Shown here: positions 8,671 through 17,751 of the stretch, piece by piece
How the letters are laid out: each line of letters begins with the position of its first letter
How positions within the stretch are numbered: the stretch's first letter is position 1
DNA from: a bacterium
GTDB lineage: Bacteria > Electryoneota > Electryoneia > Electryoneales > Electryoneaceae
NCBI GenBank assembly: GCA_043801585.1
Contig: JAZDLX010000040.1
Span: 1 to 26,931, forward strand
Direction: 5' to 3'
Length of the DNA stretch: 26,931 nucleotides
The notes under the pieces: generated by a model
What the model was told of the DNA's origin: nothing
The model's database searches: none
The model's input: only the letters and a program-made list of their open reading frames with translations
Translations under genes and position numbers: made by a program

Positions 8671-10053
8671 GTGTTGAGCGAGAAGCGCGGCAGAATCCTT
8701 GTAGTAGATGACGACGAGGATATCCTCACCGCCATGCGTCTCCTGTTGAAATCACATGTGGAATACGTACACACGGAAAGCCATCCGAACAACCTGCTCA
8801 CTCGCTTGCGGGAAGCGGATTATGACATCGTCCTGCTCGACATGAATTTAAGCAAGGATTCCACGACAGGCCGCGAGGGATTTCACTGGCTCGATCAGAT
8901 TCTCGCTCAGGATTCTTCCGCGGTCGTTATCATGATTACCGCCTACGGCGATGTTGACACCGCCGTTCGCGCGATCAAGGAAGGTGCTGTGGATTTCGTG
9001 CTGAAGCCGTGGCAGAACGAGAAACTGCTCGCGACGGTGAATGCTGCGCTACGACTGCGTGCAAGCAGCAGGGAGGTGACGACGCTTCGGCAGCGTCAGA
9101 AACAGCTTGCCGAGGACATTGAACAGCATTTCCAGGACATCATCGGACAATCTCCGGTGATGGACCAGGTGTTCGAGACCGTCGAGAAAGTTGCGAAGAC
9201 GGACGCAAATATACTGATCCTGGGTGAGAATGGAACGGGAAAGGAACTTGTTGCTCGTGCGATCCACCGCAACAGTCTGCGGAAAGAGGACGTGTTTATT
9301 TCCGTCGATATGGGTTCGATCAGCGAAAACCTGTTCGAATCGGAGATGTTCGGGCATGTCCGAGGAGCGTTCACCGACGCGAAGCAGGACAGGCCGGGAC
9401 GGTTCGAGATTGCATCGAAAGGAACTCTGTTCCTCGATGAAATCGGGAATCTGACTTCTGCTCACCAGGCAAAGTTGCTGACAGTCCTTGAAAACCGGCA
9501 AGTGACCCGGGTCGGGAGCAACACGAACAGGCCGATCGATATCCGTCTCATCTGTGCAACCAATACGCCGCTTTTTGATCTTGTCCAGCAGAAGAAATTC
9601 CGCCAGGATCTGCTCTACCGGATCAACACCGTCGAAATTCACCTTCCGCCGCTTCGGGAACGCCATGAAGACATTCCACTGTTGGTAAATCATTATCTTG
9701 AACATTTCGGGCGGAAATACAAGCGGGAGGGATTTTCCGTCAGCACGCCGGCGATGCGAAAGCTGGAGCGCTACAGTTGGCCGGGAAACGTGCGTGAACT
9801 GAAACACGCCATCGAGCGGGCAGTCATCATGAGCGATTCCCGGATGCTTCAGCCCACGGACTTTTTCTTCGCGTCAGGGGAGGATGGAGCCGGCGAAGGC
9901 ATCGATCTCGATTCGTTCAACCTTGAGGATGTGGAACGGTCGGTGATCCTGAAGGCGATACGAAAGCATGGAGGGAACATCTCCCGCGCGGCGGAGGACC
10001 TGGGGTTAACCCGGACCTCCCTCTACCGGCGGATCGAGAAATATGGTCTTTAA
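8671..10053 (+). CDS. Sigma-54-dependent response regulator (NtrC family: REC-AAA+-Fis HTH)
   Basis: ILVVDDD, LLDMN, FVLKP receiver motifs; GENGTGKE, ESEMFGHVRGAFTDA, LFLDEIG, WPGNVREL; HTH GNISRAAEDLGLTRTSLYRRI. Start GTG 8671/TTG 8674 after GGAGGG (ORF is open from 8623). Confidence 0.95.
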   Translation: MLSEKRGRILVVDDDEDILTAMRLLLKSHVEYVHTESHPNNLLTRLREADYDIVLLDMNLSKDSTTGREGFHWLDQILAQDSSAVVIMITAYGDVDTAVRAIKEGAVDFVLKPWQNEKLLATVNAALRLRASSREVTTLRQRQKQLAEDIEQHFQDIIGQSPVMDQVFETVEKVAKTDANILILGENGTGKELVARAIHRNSLRKEDVFISVDMGSISENLFESEMFGHVRGAFTDAKQDRPGRFEIASKGTLFLDEIGNLTSAHQAKLLTVLENRQVTRVGSNTNRPIDIRLICATNTPLFDLVQQKKFRQDLLYRINTVEIHLPPLRERHEDIPLLVNHYLEHFGRKYKREGFSVSTPAMRKLERYSWPGNVRELKHAIERAVIMSDSRMLQPTDFFFASGEDGAGEGIDLDSFNLEDVERSVILKAIRKHGGNISRAAEDLGLTRTSLYRRIEKYGL

Positions 10054-11380
10054 CCGTTTTCGCGTCAGTGTTGTCCTTCGAGTAGTCGGAATCATCCTGA
10101 ACCTGGCCGTTCTACTCTTTGTCGTCACTCAGACCCATTATGTGATGTCCGTCTTTGTTCTTTCCGTCATTCTCCTGTGGCAGATCTGGTCACTGATCCA
10201 TTTCGTGGAGCGCATCGAGCGTGACCTCACACGATTCCTTGAAGCGGTCAAGTACGAGGATTTCTTTGAAACGTTTTCCAACCGTCGCAGTGTGTTTGCA
10301 AAACGGTTGAATGAAGAATTCACCCGGATCATGGACGATTTCCGGGTTGTCCGCGCCCAGCGGGAAGAGCAGATGCTCTACCTGCAGACCGTTGTCCAGC
10401 ACGTGGGCATCGCATTGCTCGCCTACGATCCGGATGGTGAGGTGGATCTGGTCAATTCCGCGGCGAAACGGTTGTTCCGGGTCAACCGGCTGCGGAATGT
10501 GCGGCAGCTTGGGCAGGTCAGCGAGGAACTGGTTCGAACCCTGTTCACACTGCGTCCCGGTCAGCAGAAAGTGGTCAAGGTGATGGATGAAGGCGATCTG
10601 CTGCAACTCGCCGTGCGGGCTACGGAATTCAAACGACAGGGCAGGAGGTTGCTGCTGGTCAGCATTCAGGACATCGGCAGCGAACTTGAAGAAAAAGAAC
10701 TCGAGGCGTGGCAGAACCTGATTCGTGTCCTCACCCACGAGATCCGCAACACGATCACCCCCATTGCCTCCCTGGCTAGCACGACGGAGGAATTGCTTGA
10801 ACAGGAGACGAATCCGGGAGCAACCGGGGAGATTCTCGAAGACGCGAAGCTCGCGGTACAGACGATCCGGAAACGGTCGCGCGGGCTGCTCAACTTCGTC
10901 GAGGCGTTTCGCAGCCTGTACAAGATCCCCAAGCCAAACCTGACTCGATTCGAGATCAGCGAATTCTTCGATCACCTCCAGGCGCTGTTCCGGCAGACCT
11001 GTGAGGAAAGGGGGATCGAAACGCATTTCACATGTAACCCGTCAGCGTTCGAATTGATCGCCGACCGCGATCTGATTGAACAGGTGATGATCAACCTGAT
11101 CACAAATGCCCTGCAGGCCCTGGAGGGAGTCGTGGACTCGCGGCTGAACGTGACCGCGATGATTGATTCTCGCGGACGGGCGCGGCTTTCTGTCCAGGAC
11201 AACGGCCCGGGGATTTCCGAGGATGTCTTCGAGAAAATCTTTGTCCCCTTCTTCACCACGAAACCTGAGGGAACGGGTATTGGGTTGTCCCTTTCGCGGC
11301 AGATCGTCCGGCTCCACAAGGGGATGCTGTCAGCTCAGTCGAGGGTCGGGGAGGGGGCGACGTTTCATTTGACCTTGTAG
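10043..11380 (+). CDS. Sensor histidine kinase (2 TM, PAS-like, HisKA, HATPase)
   Basis: H-box LTHEIRNTITPI, N-box NLITNA, DNGPGI, FVPFFTTK, GTGIGL; overlaps the regulator stop codon. Confidence 0.95.
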   Translation: MVFNRFRVSVVLRVVGIILNLAVLLFVVTQTHYVMSVFVLSVILLWQIWSLIHFVERIERDLTRFLEAVKYEDFFETFSNRRSVFAKRLNEEFTRIMDDFRVVRAQREEQMLYLQTVVQHVGIALLAYDPDGEVDLVNSAAKRLFRVNRLRNVRQLGQVSEELVRTLFTLRPGQQKVVKVMDEGDLLQLAVRATEFKRQGRRLLLVSIQDIGSELEEKELEAWQNLIRVLTHEIRNTITPIASLASTTEELLEQETNPGATGEILEDAKLAVQTIRKRSRGLLNFVEAFRSLYKIPKPNLTRFEISEFFDHLQALFRQTCEERGIETHFTCNPSAFELIADRDLIEQVMINLITNALQALEGVVDSRLNVTAMIDSRGRARLSVQDNGPGISEDVFEKIFVPFFTTKPEGTGIGLSLSRQIVRLHKGMLSAQSRVGEGATFHLTL

Positions 11381-11486
11381 CCGTTTTCTGGAATGTGTAC
11401 TCACCATGGCGCAGAGACAGTATCGTGAGTACGCTGTTCCCCGTATCGTATCTCATGCTAATGACACCGGAGAATGAACGAATTTG

Positions 11487-11503
11487 TGTAGCGAAGCCGT
11501 ACA
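11487..11503. promoter_or_regulatory. Putative UAS for the NtrC-family activator
   Basis: TGTAGCGAAGCCGTACA (TGT-N11-ACA); right half CGTACA is the reverse complement of the TGTACG half-sites at 2779 and 2800. Confidence 0.45.
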
Positions 11504-11563
11504 ATGCACCCTTATGCAGCTCGCATTACCAACATAAATCCTTGTTTTTAAGATTCAACTCTT

Positions 11564-11580
11564 TTGGCACGGAATTGGTA
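11564..11580 (+). promoter_or_regulatory. Sigma-54-like promoter of the small hypothetical gene
   Basis: TTGGCACGGAATTGGTA: consensus -24 box TGGCACG; -12 position reads GT instead of GC; AT-rich spacer upstream. Confidence 0.55.
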
Positions 11581-11684
11581 AGTGTGGAAGAGGGGCAAAC
11601 GTCATTGATTCGAACCTGATTCCAGTCCGAAACCGGCGGACGTAGTCTTTTGACAGGGTCGTGAGCCGAGAAAGAGGAGCTCTT

Positions 11685-11957
11685 ATGCCCGGGATTACGA
11701 TTCAAATTCCATCATTGGATGCTGAACACACGATCGAAATCGAAGTCAAGATCAACGGCAAGAAGAAGTCTTACACATACCGCGTCGAGATCATGGACTG
11801 GGATGATTGTGAAGAACCCCCCGAAGTCCGTGTCGAATGCCTGCGCCGGATGATCAGCGACTATGGGAAAGACTGGCAACTGGTACAGATCGGAACGCCA
11901 ACCGAAACGAACATTCCTATTATGTTCCGCAAGGTGGAGAAATCCGCGAAAAACTGA
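11685..11957 (+). CDS. Hypothetical 90-aa soluble protein
   Basis: GAGGAG SD before ATG 11685, protein-like composition (MPGITIQIPSLDAEHTIEIEVKING...), own promoter-like motif and terminator. Confidence 0.8.
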   Translation: MPGITIQIPSLDAEHTIEIEVKINGKKKSYTYRVEIMDWDDCEEPPEVRVECLRRMISDYGKDWQLVQIGTPTETNIPIMFRKVEKSAKN

Positions 11958-11990
11958 CCCATCCTGCTGAATTGACAGAATTTAAGCGTG

Positions 11991-12023
11991 AGCGCCCGGT
12001 GGTGTACCTTCCGGGCGTTTTTT
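11991..12023 (+). terminator. Rho-independent terminator
   Basis: AGCGCCCGG-loop-CCGGGCGTT followed by a T-run, just after the 11957 stop. Confidence 0.8.
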
Positions 12024-12245
12024 GCTCCCACCGCAGATGCGCTGCCTGCTTTTCAGAGCGTACTATTTGGGAGGGTCGAATGGTGGAGTGTGGCCTCTCT
12101 GTCCGCTGAATGGAGGGATGGAGCCGGGAACTCAGGCGTTGTCGGAGTGAATCCCCCGATGCTGAACCTCGATCGCTGCACTCGACGGGGAGTGGTTCCC
12201 GATGCGGAATGTTCCTACCTTTCCGGAAGTCAATAGTGGAGAGCT

Positions 12246-12297
12246 AAAAGTGACAGTTACCTTTGAAGGCTGTGTTTCAAAGGTAACTGTCACTTTT
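12246..12297. repeat. Perfect 22-bp inverted repeat with 8-nt spacer
   Basis: AAAAGTGACAGTTACCTTTGAA-ggctgtgt-TTCAAAGGTAACTGTCACTTTT; each arm is itself quasi-palindromic around GTGAC-A-GTTAC. Confidence 0.9.
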
Positions 12298-12587
12298 GAG
12301 AACGCGAGAAACAAGGCACCTTCTGAATTGTGAATCGCCTGAAGTCGGGGAATGATTGCTTTAGCAATCAGATGGAGAAGAGGTCATTTTCATGTATCCA
12401 TTGATGTTTTTTGACCTCGTGGCAGAATTCGTCCTGTCTGATCCTGAAGTGTAAATTTTGTTCTGAGAATTGATGTTTTGTCACCTCATACGTGTAAAAT
12501 TTGTGGTTCGAGGCCCATTCGGGCAACCTGTGTCAATTTCCGAAATGTTGCTCGGGCATGCGACACTCTTTTCAGTGAGGAGCAGGC

Positions 12588-13703
12588 ATGGTGTTGCACC
12601 TGCCGGATACACTGAGTCGAACGGTCACTCCCCGCTGTGTTCATTTCGGTGAGTGTGGGGGGTGCACTCTCCAGGATGTTCCCTACGAAGATCAGCTCGC
12701 TGCAAAAGCGGCTGAGGTGGGCAGGTTGATCGGCCGCACTATTGAGATCGTTCCGAGTCCGGACCCGTACGCCTACCGGCATCGAATGGATTATATCATC
12801 GCCTTCGGCAAGGTGGGACTACGGAAACGCGGTGACGGACGGAGCGTGGTCGATCTGAAGGAATGCCATCTCGTCCAGCCGAGAGTCGCCAGGGTGATGA
12901 ACGCCGTCCGAAAGTGGATCGAAGAACTTGGAATCGACACCTACGATCTGGTGACAAAACGTGGTGACCTTCGCTACCTGACCTTCCGCCACGCTTTCAG
13001 CACCGACCAGTTGATGGCGATTGTCGTGACCGCATCCGAAGAAAGCGGGGTCGAGCCACTGCTGGATCGCCTCGCGGCGGAGTGTGAATCGGTCGTCTGG
13101 TCGATCCAGCCCCGCGTCGGTGACACATCGGTTGGGGTCATTCACGGAATCATCGGGACCGAGACCATCCTTCAGCACATTCGTGGAAGGGAATTTTTAA
13201 TCAGCCCGAACGCCTTTTTCCAGAATAACCTGCTTCTCGTCGATACCATGTTCGATTGTGTGGCCGAACATGTCAGGGGATTCACCCTGGACCTTTTCTG
13301 CGGTCTCGGTGCAATCGGAATTTCCGTCGCAGACCGCGCGGAGAGGCTGATGGGGGTCGAGGTCTTCGAGGAGAACATCCGTCTGGCGCGAATCAACGCC
13401 GAATGGAATGGAGTCGTTGCTGAGTTCGTTCACGATAACGCGAACCACTTTCTTGCGTTCTACGACGGCCCGGTACCGGACACGGTGGTGATCGACCCGC
13501 CGAGGAGCGGACTGACTCCCAAACTGATCCGCAAACTCGTTCGCCTGGGCGCGGAGCGTATCGTCTACGTTTCCTGCAACCCGAGCAGTTTCGCGGACGA
13601 TCTCGCCGCCCTCGACGGGTACGAACTGGCAGAGGCTGTCGCTTATGACATGTTCCCGCAAACGCCTCATGTCGAGATGGTAACTCTCCTTGAAAAGAGA
13701 TGA
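12588..13703 (+). CDS. RNA (uracil-5)-methyltransferase, RlmD/RumA/TrmA family, Fe-S type without TRAM domain
   Basis: CVHFGECGGC Fe-S motif, AFFQNN, LDLFCGLGAIG SAM motif, DPPRSG, catalytic YVSCNP, DMFPQTPHVE; GAGGAG SD. Confidence 0.9.
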   Translation: MVLHLPDTLSRTVTPRCVHFGECGGCTLQDVPYEDQLAAKAAEVGRLIGRTIEIVPSPDPYAYRHRMDYIIAFGKVGLRKRGDGRSVVDLKECHLVQPRVARVMNAVRKWIEELGIDTYDLVTKRGDLRYLTFRHAFSTDQLMAIVVTASEESGVEPLLDRLAAECESVVWSIQPRVGDTSVGVIHGIIGTETILQHIRGREFLISPNAFFQNNLLLVDTMFDCVAEHVRGFTLDLFCGLGAIGISVADRAERLMGVEVFEENIRLARINAEWNGVVAEFVHDNANHFLAFYDGPVPDTVVIDPPRSGLTPKLIRKLVRLGAERIVYVSCNPSSFADDLAALDGYELAEAVAYDMFPQTPHVEMVTLLEKR

Positions 13704-13791
13704 GGTGCAAAGGGATTCAGTCGATCGTATTTTTGGCGCTCACAGGTATGCTTGTGCCACGAGCAGACTATCCTCAAGTGCGGATCAATAG

Positions 13792-14772
13792 ATGGCATCG
13801 ACCGTTTTAAATTCCCGAATGGGTCTGCGGTATTTTCTCATTCTGCTGACGGCGTTCATTGCGTTGGGTGCAATCGCTCTCGCAGTGTCAATGGCCCAGA
13901 TTCTCCACCTCGCTTATCACAACCCGGAAACCACGGCGCTGATGCGGATACGGGTGAGGCAGGCTCAGGAACGCAGCCTGCCATACCTGATCCATCGGGT
14001 GTGGGTGCCACTCGACTCGATGCCGACGGAACTCCCAGTCGCCACTGTGGGGGCGGAGGATGACGGGTTCTGGACCCATCACGGATTCGATTGGGAGGGT
14101 ATCCGGATGGCTGCGGAAAAGAACATGAAAAGTGGCGCAATCCGCTCCGGCGCCAGCACCATCACCCAGCAACTGGCAAAGAACCTGTTCCTCTCGCCGC
14201 AACGAAGCTACTCGAGGAAAATTCGAGAAGCGGTGCTCACGGTGTTGCTGGAACGGTTTCTGGACAAACACCGGATCATGGAACTGTACCTCAACGTTAT
14301 CGAGATGGGACCGGGGATTTTTGGGATGGAGGCAGGCGCTTACTACCATTTTGGCAAGGACTTGGATCAGCTGACGCCGCACGAGATGGCGCTGCTGATC
14401 TCCATCATCCCGTCTCCGTTAGGGTACAGGATCGACAGGGACTATGTGAATCGAATGGCGATGGCATTACAGCGCAGAATCGGCTGGCTGCCGCGTACCC
14501 CCCAAACCGATATCGCGGATTCCATCGTCACCTCTGAAATGGAATCGATGCGGCGTTTTACCCAGATCAACGATCGTCTCCTTGACAGCCTGGCCGTGAT
14601 TCAGGACACCTGGACATTTGATTCAATCGCGCTCAGCGACAGTTCGATCGTCGCCAGGCCGGGCACAGATGTCGTGTTTGTCGATACTTCCGGGACGGGT
14701 GAGGGTACGGCTCTGGTTGTCCTGGATTCGCTGGCAACCGCTGAACAAGATACCGCGCTGTTCACAGAGTGA
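13792..14772 (+). CDS. mtgA: Monofunctional peptidoglycan transglycosylase (GT51) with C-terminal extension
   Basis: N-terminal TM; AEDDGFWTHHGFD, GASTITQQLAKNLFL, RKIREA, IMELYLNVIEMG; no transpeptidase domain. Confidence 0.88.
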   Translation: MASTVLNSRMGLRYFLILLTAFIALGAIALAVSMAQILHLAYHNPETTALMRIRVRQAQERSLPYLIHRVWVPLDSMPTELPVATVGAEDDGFWTHHGFDWEGIRMAAEKNMKSGAIRSGASTITQQLAKNLFLSPQRSYSRKIREAVLTVLLERFLDKHRIMELYLNVIEMGPGIFGMEAGAYYHFGKDLDQLTPHEMALLISIIPSPLGYRIDRDYVNRMAMALQRRIGWLPRTPQTDIADSIVTSEMESMRRFTQINDRLLDSLAVIQDTWTFDSIALSDSSIVARPGTDVVFVDTSGTGEGTALVVLDSLATAEQDTALFTE

Positions 14773-14916
14773 CAGAAGCTGCACAAAAAACATGGATCCT
14801 TCATGCCGAACGGCCGGCATTCAGGATGACAACGAAGTCGTATTATGGAATTTTATCCCTCGCTGCCAATTCTCTTTTAACGCATTGGCCGAAGGATAAA
14901 TTGAACCAGTGCCGGT

Positions 14917-15897
14917 TTACCAGGCGTATGCCTCCGGAGCAGATCCACCGGGTCCCGGCCAGATCTCATCCAGCGTTTTCAGTTCCTCCTCGGACAGGGT
15001 CACTTCCAGCGTTTTGAGATTCTGTTCAAACTGTTCAAGGGTACGCGGTCCGGTGATCGGTGCTGTCACATCGGGCTGATGCAGCAGCCAGGCGAGAGCC
15101 ACCACTGCGGGAGAATCGCCGCGATTTTCGCAAAATGTTTCCCACGCCTCCAGCTTCGGACGGAATTCCTCAATACGGCCGGTGACGCTGCCACGGTTCC
15201 GCCGGGCGCCGTCCGTTTTTTTCAACACTCCGCCAAGCAGGCCACGATCGAGAGGACTCCAGGGAATGACGCCCATCCCATACTCACGGCAGGCAGGGAG
15301 GACCTCCAACTCCAGGGAGCGGTTGTTCAGATTGTAGATGCTCTGTTCGCTGACAAGTCCGAGAAAATGACGGTGTGAGGCGGTTTCATTCGCTCTGGCG
15401 ATATGCCATCCGGCAAAATTGCTGCTGCCCACGTAAAGGATCTTCCCCTCGCGCACCAATTGTTCCATCGCCTGCCAGATCTCTTCCCAAGGTGTGCTGC
15501 GATCCACATGGTGCATCTGGTAGAGGTCGATGTGATCGGTCTTCATCCGGCGCAGGCTGGCGTCGCACGCCTGACGAATGTTGTAGGCGGAGAGGCCGCG
15601 GTCGTTGACTTCGTCGCTCATATTGCCGTAGACCTTCGTGGCGAGGACAACTTTTTCACGGTTCTTCGGATTCGCGGCAAACCAGTGCCCAAGGATCTCC
15701 TCCGTCAATCCGGTCCGCGATCCACCGTAGATGTTGCCGTAGACGTTTGCAGTATCGATGAAGTTGATTCCGCTGTCCAGGGCGGTGTCCAGAATCCGGT
15801 GGCTATCCTTTTCTTCCGTGTGCACACCAAAGTTCATCGTCCCGAGGCAGAGACGGCTGACCTTCAATCCGGTTCGACCGAGATGTACAAAATCCAT
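14917..15897 (-). CDS. Aldo/keto reductase
   Basis: LGRTGLKVSRLCLGTMNFG, FIDTANVY, LATKV, IDLYQMHH, VGSSN, PWSPL. Confidence 0.95.
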   Translation of the reverse strand: MDFVHLGRTGLKVSRLCLGTMNFGVHTEEKDSHRILDTALDSGINFIDTANVYGNIYGGSRTGLTEEILGHWFAANPKNREKVVLATKVYGNMSDEVNDRGLSAYNIRQACDASLRRMKTDHIDLYQMHHVDRSTPWEEIWQAMEQLVREGKILYVGSSNFAGWHIARANETASHRHFLGLVSEQSIYNLNNRSLELEVLPACREYGMGVIPWSPLDRGLLGGVLKKTDGARRNRGSVTGRIEEFRPKLEAWETFCENRGDSPAVVALAWLLHQPDVTAPITGPRTLEQFEQNLKTLEVTLSEEELKTLDEIWPGPGGSAPEAYAW

Positions 15898-16057
15898 GAG
15901 AGCTCCAAGTAATCAGGATGGACAGGAACATCGTACCGGATGTTTCTTACACCCACGAAACGTTTGTGTGTTTCAAAAATAAAAGGAAACATTTAAATAT
16001 ATCATTCTCAAATCTTTCCATACAGAGATCTTTGCATTTCACTCCAGCTTTTCTGTT

Positions 16058-16768
16058 TTACTTGGAGCGATTTGTCAACTGGTCAAGCAGGTCCAATTGC
16101 ATCTGCTGAATCTCGGCCATCCGTTCCCATTGAACATGGAGTAGATGGTCCATCTTATCGTGTAAGGCTGCGATTTCAAGTTCTGATTTCAGGTTCACCT
16201 TGAAATCCTCGTCCGCTTCCATTCTATCACGCGCTGCAGCCCGATTCTGGCTCATCATAATGATGGGTGCCTGAATGGCTGCGAGAGCAGAAAGTGCCAG
16301 GTTGAGCAGGATGTAGGGGAAGGGATCAAATGCATCGTTTCTAAAAACAAGTGAATTCAAGGCAATCCAGATCGCCAGAGCAAGAGCGAATCCGAGAACA
16401 AACGGCCATGAACCTCCTATGGCAGCCACATGGTTGGCGAGGCGCTGTCCAAAGGTGAGTCCCTGGGAAAACTGTTCTTCCAAATGTTCGGTGATGGCTA
16501 CATGTTTCACCGCCTTTTGAGACACTTCTGTTTCCAGCTTGGTAAGTTCGCCACGCTCTTGTTTGAGTTGGTCAAGGACGTATGCAACGCGTTCGTCACC
16601 CAGGCAGGAACGGCAGATGATTCCCTCCATCTCTTGAATTTCTGGGTGCCGTGCAAGGATGAATTCAGTCAACGAAGGACGGATTATTGAAATTTTTGTG
16701 CATCTCGATGGTAGATGCTCGCGATGGCAAATACTGCAGCGCAACGTTCTTTGTTTTGTTGAAGGCAT
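16058..16768 (-). CDS. DUF1003-domain membrane protein with N-terminal CxxC...CxxC
   Basis: LTFGQRLANHVAAIGGSW, FDPFPYILLNL, AIQAPIIMMSQNR, NLKSELEI..LHDKMD; ATG 16768 with GAGGA SD preferred over 16864. Confidence 0.88.
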   Translation of the reverse strand: MPSTKQRTLRCSICHREHLPSRCTKISIIRPSLTEFILARHPEIQEMEGIICRSCLGDERVAYVLDQLKQERGELTKLETEVSQKAVKHVAITEHLEEQFSQGLTFGQRLANHVAAIGGSWPFVLGFALALAIWIALNSLVFRNDAFDPFPYILLNLALSALAAIQAPIIMMSQNRAAARDRMEADEDFKVNLKSELEIAALHDKMDHLLHVQWERMAEIQQMQLDLLDQLTNRSK

Positions 16769-17289
16769 ACCTGTCCTCGCAATTTTTCCTGATTTTTCTC
16801 TTGTAAACCTAATAATAGTGCCAAGGATGCAGATTGGGGATGCAGATAGATACAGCTTCTGCACTCCTGGGAGAGCGGGGACGGGGGCTCCGCGCGGTAA
16901 TCAACAACCTCTTGATGTGTCCATTTCCCTTGTTCAAGGGTTTGAAATTCCCGAAAATGTCACTTTTCAATCAGATAAATGGGAGAACGCTTAGGGAAAG
17001 GATGAGAGGAGAAGACACCTTCCAGTGCTCCAAAGGTTAGAAGAAACAGGGTTAGACGATCCTAAGTGCTGGTAATTAAGTGAGTTTATGAAATAGGTTA
17101 CACTGTAAAAAACAGGCAGCACTCCTGATTTAGAGTTTACGCGACGGGAAAGATCAGCCTTGGACCTTCGTCATGCCGTGATTCTATCTATTTTCGAACT
17201 TCACTGGGTGTTTCGTTCGATCGGATATATTCGATCAGCGCCGCATCCTGTAATTGAGTGCTGATGACATGATCGCTTGAGGGAGAAGG

Positions 17290-17751
17290 ATGGAGGATAC
17301 AAAGAAGATTACTCGCCGCTCATTCGTGGATTATCTGCTGCTGGTTACAGGTGCGGGAGTGTTGGGGACGATTGCCTATCCCGTGCTCAAGTTCATTCTC
17401 CCTCCGGCGCAGAGCGAGCCGAACAATCTGACGATGACCGTCATGGAAGCGGGAGCATTGGCCAGGGGAGAGTTCAAGATTTTCGAATTCAATCGAAAGC
17501 CGGCGATCATTATTCGAACGGGTGCCGACGCCAAAGCGCCCGAATCCTATCACGCACTTAGCGCAGTCTGTACGCATCTCCATTGCACCGTCCAATACGA
17601 AAATGCCAGTGGCCAGATCCTTTGTGCCTGCCACAACGGACGGTTCAATCTTCAGGGGCAAGTGCTTTCCGGACCTCCTCCAAGTGCCCTGACTGCTTTT
17701 CAAGTTGAGATCCAGAACGGAAAAATTGTCGTAGCGGTTCAGGGGGCATGA
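17290..17751 (+). CDS. Rieske 2Fe-2S subunit of a Rieske/cytochrome b complex
   Basis: Tat motif TRRSFV plus TM helix; boxes CTHLHC and CACHNG; GPPP; GAGGGAG SD. Confidence 0.93.
   Translation: MEDTKKITRRSFVDYLLLVTGAGVLGTIAYPVLKFILPPAQSEPNNLTMTVMEAGALARGEFKIFEFNRKPAIIIRTGADAKAPESYHALSAVCTHLHCTVQYENASGQILCACHNGRFNLQGQVLSGPPPSALTAFQVEIQNGKIVVAVQGA

Noticed and set aside
12125..12201. Possible structured RNA closed by CGGGAAC/GTTCCCG containing TGAACCTCGATC (TPP-riboswitch-like)
   Set aside because: Lacks the CTGAGA element and a thiamine-related downstream gene; inner stems are weak. An Rfam scan would settle it.
16724..16738. CxxCH (CSICH) in the DUF1003 protein as a heme site
   Set aside because: No signal peptide; it pairs with a later CRSC, so a cytoplasmic zinc site is more likely.
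17219..17236. Imperfect palindrome GATCGGATATATTCGATC upstream of the Rieske gene
   Set aside because: Single instance that does not match FNR, CRP or Rex consensus; too weak to call an operator.
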